This document shows positions 1-11,574 of a DNA stretch of 64,000 nt, piece by piece. Numbering within the stretch: the stretch's first letter is position 1; the number at the start of each line of letters is the position of its first letter. The stretch comes from Bugula neritina. Its lineage: Eukaryota; Animalia; Bryozoa. The notes beneath the pieces are model-generated. The model was not told the origin of the DNA and ran no database searches. It saw nothing but the letters and a program-made list of their open reading frames with translations. The translations under genes were made by a program, and so were the position numbers. The DNA lies in NCBI GenBank assembly GCA_964035545.1, contig OZ037769.1, positions 12,678,633 through 12,742,632 of the forward strand, read 5' to 3'.

Positions 1-264
1 AAATAAATCCTTTAAAAATGGCTAAAACCTATCCACCTTTTTATGCATGCATACTTCATTTTTTGCTATTTTATAGTTGCTCTTCTTTATTGAAATATAT
101 GTTTATGCTGTTATGTATAATGTAGTATAATTATATATTGTATCATAAAAGTATATGTTGTATATTGTTAGTATATTATACTTTATATTTGTTCAAGCTC
201 ATTTTATTATAAAGTTATTATACAGTTAACACCATGCATGTCATTCTGTTTCTTAATTGATCAG

Positions 265-2007
265 GCAGAGCTTAGTAGAAGTTCCAAAGAGGAGGTATCT
301 GGGTATCTAGCAGGGACATACAACTCCCTCAGTAATTGTGAGTTGACAGTCAAAGTATTCATTCTATATAATCAACTGTAGCATTATGGAGTTATATTCT
401 CCTTAAGTGATCAGTTTTATTAATAAATGTTCGGAATCACTGCTGGATAAAATTCATTTCCTTCTATCTCAGTCATTATCTAGTGATCAGAGGCGATGCT
501 AAAGAATTATACCTGACACTAAGACTATCAGCTAGACTATTGGTGATGTCAGACATAGCATTTAGTCATAAGTTGCGTTTATACCCTCACGATTTTCAGT
601 CAGAAATTCAATTTGGCCGTGTTGAATTTTTTTCCGAGTTGCATTGCATTGTAAAAGCCACGGCCGAGTTCAGGATAATACTCAAAAGGAGTAATAACTC
701 CTTGTAAACATCGTTATTTAATTATGACTTTGGCGATTAGATGACGTACTTAAATGTTGATAATTATATCACCTACGCCTTCTCAATTATCGCTTTTATG
801 CTGTCAACTTTACTAATTCATGATGTTTTCAAAGGGCATCAACAAGTGATTAGGCGAATCAGATTTTACTTTTAGAAAGTAAGGTTTCTCATCAATATGA
901 TTTCAATGATTTTCAGTTTGACTATAAAGGACAAGCATTGTGAACTGAAACTCGGTACTTTATTCAGTAGAGGTATAAACGCAACTATAGTTACTCTTAT
1001 GCAATAAAAACTATTTCAGGTCATGTCACTAGCATGGCTTGAGGTGAATTTCATTGTCAATTTTACATACTTTTATCATTGACAGTTCTTAGAAAGTAGT
1101 ATATTTAAAAAATTGTGTGTAATTATACCTATTCTTTTAGTGGTGCCAAAACATCGTTCAATATTATACCGTCATATGTTGCTTGCAATTTAATTATTGG
1201 TTACTGATATTATTGTGTAACTGAACTGATTTTTGTTTTTGTTTTTCTGAATTTAGTACTGAATGTGATTCAAGTCTTTGATAAGTCAGAACCTCATACA
1301 AGACAGAGAGTGTTGCAGAGTGGTCTGAAACTGGTCGGGTGGTTCCACAGCCACCCTAACAAAACATACTATCCCTCAGTCTATGATGTGGAGTGTCACA
1401 TGAACTATCAACTGAGACTGAGAGAACAGCCGATAGTTTCGTGTATCATAGGTGATTGCTAGTAGCTAGTAGTAATTGTACTGACTCTTAGTAGTTAGTA
1501 GCTAGTAGCTAGTAGTTACTATACTGACTCCTAGTAGCTAGTAGCTAGTAGTCACCAGTCTAATGAATAATTTTAGTAACCAATACCAATAAAGCGAGAG
1601 AGATTAGTTTCTTTTCATATAGATTTTTTCTTTTGATAGCAGACAAATCTAAATTTAGTAAGAGAGAACTAAGAATTTAACGCCAGTATTCCTATGACTA
1701 AGTATAAGGTTTTTACATTCAGTTCAACATAGTTAGACACATTTAAGGGTATTGTAGTGATGCATACATCATGAGGTCCGCAAAGTTGTTTAGTTTATCT
1801 CATTCTACTTTTCCTTTCAGTATATGCATTTGGTTACAAGCAAGTTTTTTATTTATTTTAATTTTGTGTTTTGCAGGAAAAAAGCACGAAGATGATGACA
1901 GTTCTCTATCTATGTTATGTTACACAGTTTCCCCTCCTAAACTGGTTAGTACCCTCCTCTATACACTATACATTATATTATATTATATATATATATTATA
2001 TTTATAA

Positions 2008-2055
<48 letters not shown>

Positions 2056-3209
2056 ATATTATATTATATATGTTGATAGGATTTCATTGGCATTTTCATC
2101 ACTACGCACTAATGTATCTATTTTAATATTATATTATGTTGACTACACAGTATTGAGTCACCTGTATAGTAAATCTTATATATCTGTAAAGTTAGCTGTA
2201 TATATAATAATTGTTCTGAGCAGACTAGTTGAGTGGTCACTTTCTGGTATAGTTTTATTAGCAACTTTTATGTTGTCTGTAACAGAAGTTTTCTGAGAGA
2301 TTTGGCTATATTTCTGACAAGTGCGGTAAACCAAAGCTGGTGCAGTGGAAGCTAGACTCATCTGATAGTTCTCAGTTTTCCCAGGTAGGTACATCGTTGT
2401 GTATATTATGTAATGGTTAACTATATATAGCAACATAGCAGCAGTACCTTCTTGCAATCTCAGTAAGGATTTGTCAGCCCTGTTTTGGTTAACACTCGAT
2501 GTAATTATGGTAAATAATGATTTATCATAAGACCAATACCTTTTCGTAATGCTCAATGTTTGTATATAACTTGATGCATTAAACCAACACACCAATTGGA
2601 TTGTGACTATTTTCAAGCCAGTGAGGATTTGTCACCTCATTTCTGATGGACAACTCCTTAAAATATCTGTAGATCTGTGACATACAGTAAAAATATTACA
2701 ATCTTTTTCTATCATTTTGTCTCTACATATTTCTGGTATAGTTTGAATGTAATTTTACTTAGTGAAAAATAATTGCCCCCACTGGGAATCGAACCCAAGA
2801 CCTCTGGCTTGCAAGCAAGTGTGCTAACCATTACACCACGGTGTAGTGTTATGTTCACCCGGTGGTCCCTGTGGTGTAATGGTTAGCACACTTGCTTGCA
2901 AGCCACAGGTCTTGGGTTCATCTCCCAGTGGGGGCAATTATTTTTTACTAAATATTAGTAATTTTTCATACATGGTAGTTTAATCTGGCCGCAATAACTT
3001 TTACGAGTCTAGTGTAGCCAAAGTTGCTTGAAACGTACTTTTTCTTTCCTACTACTTGCTTACCTAATAGGGCTAACAACTACTAAACTATTTATCAGAT
3101 TAGCTGTATTGAATTTTCACCACAGTTTAAGATTCGTTATTGATAATGTATCACATGTTTACAGGAGTGGATGAAGGGGTTTTTATCTAATATAGTGAAA
3201 GAGAATTGA
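265..3209 (+). CDS. MPND: MPN+/JAMM-domain metalloprotease, MPND-like (3' part; 5' exons probably upstream of the window)
   Basis: Exons 265-337, 1257-1451, 1877-1944, 2286-2384 and 3165-3209 join in frame across GT-AG introns: ...SKEEVSGYLAGTYNSLSNLLNVIQVFDKSEPHTRQRVLQSGLKLVGWFHSHPNKTYYPSVYDVECHMNYQLRLREQPIVSCIIG... The JAMM motif E...H-S-H-x7-S-x2-D is intact, and EVxGYL and YQLRL resemble MPND. The last exon and the orthology are less certain. Confidence 0.8.
1460..1552. repeat. (TAGTAGC)n-based tandem repeat
   Basis: Repeated TAGTAGC units with a duplicated TACTGACTC.TAGTAG block. Confidence 0.75.
2759..2951. repeat. Head-to-head inverted dimer of a tRNA-derived sequence (SINE-like family A)
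   Basis: Arms 2759-2839 and 2871-2951 (81 nt each, 5 mismatches) around a 31-nt spacer. Each arm has box A TGGTGTAATGG, box B (GGTTCGATTCC / GGTTCATCTCC) and a T-run. Confidence 0.85.
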
Positions 3210-3723
3210 TGGAATCAACATAACAGTTTATCTTCACCACAGAATTCTATTCAGTATCTCCTAGTACTACCAGATGTTCAGTATTAAACAACGACTGTCA
3301 GAGAATGTCTCAACTATGCAAATTGACATTCCCTCACTGTGGTAACTAATGTAAATATATAACATATATTGTAAATGTCTACTACATTATGTGCATTTTT
3401 GTATATAATACTTGTATGTTAACCTTTTTACAATGCATTACATATCTGAAAAGTCCTACTCCACTCCAATATAATTGATACTATTTTTATTTTATATCTT
3501 TAATGCAATTCTAACACATTTTGATCGCCATAAAATACTTATACACATTTTGTGCAATAATTATAAACCATACAGTGCTTATTTCAACAGCAATACTGTA
3601 TTAATAGAAAATAAAATAACATAACTTAATACATTGAAAATTTATCAGTCATCTCTTACGACATAGAATGCTTGGAAGTGCAAGAATTATTTCTATTATA
3701 TTCTCTATAAGTAGGCGTGTGAC

Positions 3724-3880
3724 ATAGTTGCTACCCCTCTTTTACACTGATACTTCTACAGTTGCTACCCCTCTTTTACAGCTATGTTTTTTATAGTAAC
3801 TATCCTATTTACAGTTATATTTTTATAGTTACTACCCCCATTCTTGAACTGTATTATCATAGTTACTACCCCTATTCTAC
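3724..3880. repeat. ~33-bp minisatellite, about 5 units
   Basis: Units of the form ATAGTT(G/A)CTACCCCTCTTTTACA...; the last unit overlaps the F-box stop codon. Confidence 0.75.
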
Positions 3881-6800
3881 CACTATATCAGGGTGTTGCT
3901 CTACGTCAATCACAGGTACGTAGTTTCCATCAGATACAGTTATAACGTCTGCGGTGAACTGAAAGTCCAGGTTTAGAGATTCTATTAGCTCTAAATACTT
4001 CCCCTTTATGTTATCTAGAATTTCTTGCGTGTCGGCATTTGGTACCCCCGACAATGTGATGTACAATGACTGAAGATCTGCAAGTAGAAAGGTCAAGGTT
4101 TTATCTTGAGAGCAAATTGCACATAAAATACCGATTTGCAAACGCTGAAAATGTAATGCGGCCATTTTGCTGTTCGCTGTACTACATGTCATCCCTCATC
4201 GGCAAAGATCTGCTAATCCAGCAAGCCACAATGATAAATGCATACACCTAGCAGCTGGCACAAATGTAAAACCAGTGACTTAGATTCTATACCTATCACT
4301 ATAACTAAGGGTCGATTCACAATCCCTCGTTGTGGTTTGAAGTTTCACACTACAGAATCTTTTAAATTCCAGCTGTGAAACCTTTTAAAACAATGAAAAA
4401 AGTTATCAAAGTTTACCATAATAATATTTATTTACCGATTTTACTTAGCCTGGTTAATGTGAGCCTGAAATAGGTGTATATGCTGTTTTTTTTTTAATTT
4501 TTTGTTTAAATTTAAAGTTTAAACCAAGTACAACTTTGTAAATTTGACTCACATATTTTCCCCTCTTGCTGCAAGTGGCAGATGCTGTCCACTGTGGAAG
4601 TATCTAAGGAGGCATTAATATCCAAGTGATGCAACTCCTTACACGCCTCCACCATCTGTAGGAGCTGCCGATCAATCAGCTCGATGTCGTTCTCTATTTC
4701 CAAGGTGAATGTTTCTGTAAAATCAATCAGTAACTTGTTATTTAACATAGTGTATAGTAAAAGGATTTACTGGTGGTTAAAAGGGAGCAGCCGTGGCCTA
4801 GGGGTTAGAGTGTTTGCCTAGTAAGCATGACAAAGGCAATTGGTGATGTTAAGAAGAACATCCAGCCATAATTGCTCCTGTACTCCATCTGAATATAACC
4901 TTAGCCCAAATTAACAAAAAAACTTTCTCACAGGGATGGCCACTATAAACTTGTGTGAGTTTTTTTATTTGCTGGTGATTAGAGCACTGACTTAGTAAAC
5001 ACAAGGCCAGTGGTTTGATCCCCAGTAAAGACTGCAGGTGATGTTAGGAAGAGCATTCATTCATAATTGCTCCTGTGTCACACAGGAATAAATCCTTAGC
5101 CCATTTAAAAACAACCTTTCCATCAGGGGTTTTCACAGGAATGGTGATTATAATCCCATGTGAGGTTTTTATAGTAAAATAACCTGTTTGTGTAACCACA
5201 AAACGGTAGTGTTATATAGCTATAGTATAGAATTCATAATAAAATAAATAATTTTTTTTCAATTATCTTTTAATTGTTTTAGTAATAATAGATATATGCT
5301 ACTAGATGCTACTTTTTATACTTGAATAAGTTACACGCATAAGTACACAACAAACTGACCAATAGTTTTAGAGAAATGATTAGCTATGTGATTCAATGTA
5401 TATCCAACCCTCCAATCATCTTCTTCCACATATCCAGACCAGATGTACAGACCTCTCACAGGAATTTGAGGTGTCAGAATGTGAGCTATGTCAGTGTATG
5501 CAGGTACCTGGTCAAATTCAAAGTTCACCTGCAAGCACATTGCAACATATGCTATGCAGACTATAGTTACAACTATGTATGACTGCTATATACTCTGGTG
5601 TCTATTATAAGAGACCACTCTTATACAAGCATGAATGAAATGATATAAAATCTACAATATAACATAACATGTATAAACATGTCTAAACTTGAATCAAGTC
5701 GAATTCGTTTTAGGCAGGTATGCTGTAACTATAACTATAATACGAAAGATATTGCTGTGTAGGTCTCTTTTCTATAAAGAGCTTAAACCTCTAGAAAATC
5801 ATTAACAATTGTAGATAGCTACAATGTAGCAGGCTAAATATTGCTACTGGGCCAATGCCTATACTGGATAGATAAAAGTTACATGCGGTATTTGGTAACA
5901 ACTAGTTCTTTGTTTGTTGTGTTTACACAGTTATTTTAATTTGCTCTTTTAGCAATTATGCACATTATGTTATTAGTTTATTACTATATTTAAATTGTTT
6001 TGCTGTGGTAATAACGATGCATGTACAAAGATTTCTTTCATGTTGACAAATTATAAGGTATGCATTGGTTATCTACAATGCTTAAACAGAGTCAACATGC
6101 ATAAACACATAAACAATGTTAGTGATGTAGATTAATTGGACCCAAGGCCATATTAAGCTTTCAACACAATATAACACCATTATACAAACAGAATTCACAT
6201 AATATACTTACTTATCAAAACAGGAAATGAAGTCATCAAACAGAAAATATTTGTCTGCAGTAAAATACTAACCTCAATATTGGGACAGTTTGCCTTCAAC
6301 ATATTCCAAGAGTTTCCTGGTATCCTGTGATAGTGAGGGTCATTCTTATACACTTTTATTGAAAGTATTCGCAGCTTTTTATGTTTTGCAATTGATTCAA
6401 CAATTCCTTCATTTAAACCATTATAGTTTATGTATAAATCTACAAGTAAATATATATACTAGTATTATATTATACTACTACAGTGTTACATATATTATAT
6501 ATCATACTAGTGCAAAAGGATATTATATTATTATACCACTATATAATATTTTACATTATACTGTTATGGTATTATATGTATTATATAATACTATGATAAA
6601 ATTATACCAGTATTATATAATATTATACTAGTATCATATATAATATATATGGTACTAGTATAATAATATAATATAATACTAGTATAACAATAATATAATA
6701 TAATATTATTATATCATCATACTAGGATTATATTTTATATTATGTTGTACTAGTAATATTTATATTATTTTATTATATAGTGCTATGTAATATGATGTTA

Positions 6801-9800
6801 TTATGATGAGTAGAAAGCTGTGAGCTCACTTGAAAGATTAGTAAATTTGTCCATTACGTCAATATATCGCTGTACTCGAAATGTGGTCGCTCTGGATAGG
6901 AAGAAGTCTTCAATGTTCAATGTTCTTATTACATCCCCAGAATGCTTTGCAGCACATTCTAGAATACGACAACCTTGTGGAAGTGCTATCTGCAATTTTG
7001 GAAGTAACTTCTTGGTTATTTGAGATGATATAATAATAGAAATCACTATTCCACCCACTAGCCATGTCATTAGAAAGTGTATTATGACAACTAGCAGTTC
7101 CTGCAAGAATTTATCTGACTATTCACCGTGTAGAGATTAATAACATAGGATCATGTGCGATACTATGCATGTATTTCTTAGTTTACCTGGCCGCTGTTCA
7201 TAACAAACACCTGTAACCGCTTCTGCTGCTCTAGGAAGTTAGATATGGAAGTTAGGAGTTTTTCCCTCCTGCTTTCAAATCTCCAGTATCTGTCCAGCTC
7301 CATATAGTGCATTCTGAACACTTTCACTTGGGACTGAGTCTAAGCAATAGATTTTAGACAGCATAATTATCTGACCTCCATTGATTGTCTTAAATTACTA
7401 CTTCACAATCATATATTTATTATAAACATGTTTGTGGCAACATCAGTTTAGATAACACAGCTAGATAGCATGACAAAGCTACATATAGTTATAACTTTAG
7501 TGATTATATCATTTAAAAATAACATCATTTCGATTCAGTTTCAGTTTTAAGTTTAAAAAACAGCTGAAGGTTAAGTTTCCTTTTACATTGTCATTTAGCT
7601 TTGTTTTTGTAGTCATACCTTAAGATGGCTAAATATTTTAGTGAGTCCGTTATGTATCTTTGTGCTGATTATGTAAGAAGGTCTCCTCCATGTAATCACA
7701 ACATTCTGGATATGTTTGGCGTGAGACTGAAACAGTAGGTATACACAAAGCTACAGACTAAATTAACACAGAATATTATACATTCATGTTGTGATGCTAA
7801 TGTTGCATAATATTAATGCTTTCTATAACAACAGTGCTTAATCAATTTAATTAATTTTAGTTTCGCTGTCGACATGACTTCAACTTTATACAACTAAATT
7901 TGTTTTATAACAATTCTAATTTTTGTTAAGATAGCTACATTTATCAATGTATTTTTAGGTTTAATTAGATTTGACATGATTAATTAGTAAAGCTTAGATG
8001 GTGACAATTCTGACAAAAACAAGTAAACATTTGACCATGTAAGTTGTAAGCCATACAAACACCCTTTAAAGTAATCAAATAATTGACAAAATCTGGATTT
8101 GCAAAATATTTAGTGATTACCATAATTTAGTAATAATTAGGTTAACTTTCACTGCCATTATTGTGTATTATACAATACTGAAGATCACTAACTTTAGTGT
8201 ATAGAATAGTTGGTTTTTCTACAGATTTAAAAGCTGACAACTCCAACTGCAGATTTCTCCACAGACAAGCTGAATGAATCATCTTAGACCAAGATTTACA
8301 ACTACATGCCATATTCAGACGGGACGCGTTGTCCAGCTTCAGCATAATTCGAACTACCAATGGCTACAAACATATTTAAGGAATAATAAGTGAGTTGAAT
8401 AAAATATATATTTATTATATTGCTTCTATTCAAATAGTAGTTACCAAATATATAAAAATATCTGCATGGTGAACTCAGGAAATTATCATTTTAAGTAAGA
8501 CTTACACAGTTAGAATATGTTGCCATCAATACTATAAATTAGATATGTGTATATAGTTTTAACAACCATGCAATGCTATTTAACAAAAAAATATAATTGC
8601 ACCTTTTAGGGCAAAAAAAACATGCCAGATTAAGTAATACCTATCACATATATAATTGTTGTAATTTGTTCATTATGTAAAAGTAACGGCTCACTATAAT
8701 ACTAAATATATAACATAAATGTTTTTTTGTGTATTTGCAAACTCTTGCTTATCTGATAATACATTATTAGATTATTCATATTTCCTTATTAGCACAAATA
8801 TAACAACAGCATCTCAACACAGCAAACTTCTAATACCACTCGCAGTTTAGAATGGCTTTTACACTGTTATAAAACAATAACTGAAAGTGCTTGTGTATGC
8901 CAGACATATCAGCTGTATAGTATATGCTTAGCTCACCATCGGCAATCTGCACCACAGACTGTCTGAGTTGTCATCTACAGAAGTATTTTCACTCGTATCT
9001 CTTTCGTTTTCTAAGCACAACTTTTTGTTTGTAGCTCGAGTTACGGCCTTAGAGGTTGATGTGCTAGACGCTGCTTCTCCACTTTCAGGATATTTTCTCT
9101 TCCTTGTTTAACATTCAAACACAATTTTAATTGCACATGATGTGAGCATGGACTGATTGACAGAGAAAGTTAATAAAAGCAGTTAGGATATTCAATTATA
9201 TATCTTAAAAATAATTTCTTTTATCTAAAAATACAATATGAAACAAGCTGAGTTTTTAAATTAATAATTTCACATTGATCCTCACTTCATGAAACATCAA
9301 CTATAGTTGCTGCTATACTAGTAATGACAATAATACTTGCTGCATGGAAAACACATTGAAACACAACAAATTGTAAATATCATAGTTTATCATGGAGCGC
9401 TGTAGCTGTCTATAGTGATCTAGCCGTGATCATATACACTATTTTTGTATATATAGACATCTTTATTTAAATAAGTTTATAGTCACTAATATCCATGCGA
9501 GAGCCCCTGCATGAAAAAGTTTTTTGTAAAGTGGGCTACAGGACTTATTCATATGTGACACAGGAGCAATTATGGCTGCAGATGCTCTTCCTAACATCAC
9601 CAATGAAGGATGTAATTTATCGGATGACTTTGTATTTACTAAGTTAGTGCTTTAATCATTAGACCACAAGGGCTCCCTTATTTATTTAAATAAAATTTAT
9701 TATAAATATTTTTCACTCACTTGGGATAAATCACTATGACACTTTCTGAATCAGAGTCTGTGTTTATTTCTACAATTTCTGTCTGGTTGTTAATGACAAT

Positions 9801-9899
9801 ACACTTGTAGGTCCGCCTGCTTCCTATCACCTCCATACCCTCTCCTTGTGTATTATATTCTAAGCTGCTAGAGTTGTCTGCTTCTTGCTCACTGACCAT
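3872..9899 (-). CDS. F-box protein with LRR-like C-terminus (FBXO39/FBXO33/FBXL3-like architecture), about 545 aa
   Basis: Ten coding exons join in frame: 9899-9721, 9102-8937, 8363-8193, 7726-7619, 7339-7187, 6989-6830, 6439-6273, 5528-5360, 4714-4553, 4077-3872. F-box motif LWCRLPMPLVVRIMLKLDNASRLNMACSCKSWSKMIHSACLWRNLQLEL, followed by LRR-like segments (IRTLNIEDFF, NLYINYNGL, LRILSIKV, CKELHHLDI, LQSLYITL). Confidence 0.88.
4784..5170 (+). mobile_element. Two tandem copies of tRNA-headed SINE family B
   Basis: Copies at about 4784-4966 and 4971-5170 share the GGTGATGTTAGGAAGAGCATCC..CATAATTGCTCCTGT core and CACAGGGATGG..ACTATAAACTTG..TGAGTTTTT tail with the copy at 18153. Confidence 0.8.
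9470..9677 (-). mobile_element. SINE family B copy
   Basis: Reverse complement of the same core (CACAGGAGCAATTATGGCTG..GATGCTCTTCCTAACATCACCAATG) and head (TAGACCACAAGGGCTCCC). Confidence 0.75.
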
Positions 9900-11574
9900 G
9901 ATTACTTTTAAAAAAGGATGAGAAGATAAATCTAAAAGCAGATAATGATGATGTCATCACTTTTGGCCTTAATGTGAACTAAATAACAAGTAAAAAGTTA
10001 TTAAAATTATTTGCTCACTTAATTTATCTTCTAATTGGTGTTAGGTAGATGTTGGTTAATAGATTGAGTTTATGGATACATTGGCGCTTTGCTGATCATA
10101 TGGTATTGACTGTCAATAACATCTCATCTCCTTTATATGGTACATGTTCCAAGAATAGAGATATTATAATTTTTATTTGTCAACTTATTACGAATGTTGA
10201 CTAACACAGTTTATACTAACTTTTCACACTTTTCTTATGATTTAGCTGTGAAGTTCCACTTATAATGGCTTCACACATACCCATGACTTCAACTAAATCT
10301 ATCTCAAAATGAAATTTGTTTCAACTTGAACATATATCTGGCTGAAGCTTATTTATTGTGTTAATAATTTAATCTTAATTCAAGAGAATGCAAGCGATAT
10401 ATTGAATCAATGAAGCTTTTTTAGGTTGAAATGACTTTTCTTCCATTAGAACTGTGGCAATGAGCTTCGAACTAACATGTCTATAGTAATATGAAAATAA
10501 GAAAAGTTATTTTTTGCTAAAAGTACGAAAAGAATTCATTGTAGAAAACTCACACCTTCATTACTAAACATGGTGCACTTGTATTTTCATATTTACTTTT
10601 GAACAGGTGGAGTTTTAGATCAGCCTAGTTATTATAATATTTGTGATTGGGAAACTATAAATGTTGTTCGATAAATTTGTTGATTAAGAAATCAAAATAA
10701 GCTCATGAGCTTGAGTGTTTAACACTAACATATCTTTCAATAAATGATTAAACAGCCTTGTAAGAAGCTTCTTCATATACCCAATAGGAAGTAATAACCA
10801 AAGTTTCAATTGAGTATAGAATGTTTTAAAACTACTACAAACAAAATACAGTGAATTTCTTATTTCTATAAGTTTTATTGCAAAATAAACCTTTACTTAT
10901 ACAATATTTCTTTAATAGAAGCAGTTGCATCTTTTAGCTGTCATAATTAGGTTGAAAATTCTAATTGGAATTTTCTGGCAAAATATTTGTAATGAAACAA
11001 ATTGAGTGCTATAAATAAAATACATATACAGTTTGTTCGAGTTTCATAAATACTGTTGACGGAAAATGTAAAAAAAATAAACCAAAGGAGAGATTTATAA
11101 ATCTGCTAACTGTTATATAAAATTATTTAAAACTCTTAGCACAAAAGCTGGCTACAATGTCCAAATAAATAATTAGAAATAAATTAAAACTGTAAATTGA
11201 TTGTCATAGGAGACAAATTTAGATGTGACTTTGTGATTACCTAATTGACATATAACCACAACATCATTATATATGAAAAATAATATAACAATATAATAAT
11301 TTATTGAAAGCTTTCCTATTGCCTACAGATCATAGCATGGATCACTTAATATTGACTTTAAACTTTCTAATATTTGCTTTTCATTTAGCCTTAATTCTTA
11401 CTGCCTCATTTGGGTACCATAATCAAAGTCCCACAAAATCTGGTAGTACTTTGGCTTAGCCCTTGCGCGATCAAAGGGACATAAATGTCCTTTCAATTAG
11501 TGACTCTGTCCAGAAACGATTATTACACCTGTTTCATTGCTTCTGTAGCAGTCTCAGCTGATCTAGCAACGGGA

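Noticed and set aside
2176-2616. 146-aa minus-strand ORF
   Set aside because: Antisense to an MPN exon, non-ATG start and no recognisable motifs.
2759-2951. Two functional tRNA genes (Ala or Cys)
   Set aside because: The anticodon stem and loop do not form a canonical 5-bp/7-nt arm, one box B is damaged, the left copy lacks a matching 5' acceptor strand, and decayed relatives occur elsewhere; treated as a tRNA-derived repeat.
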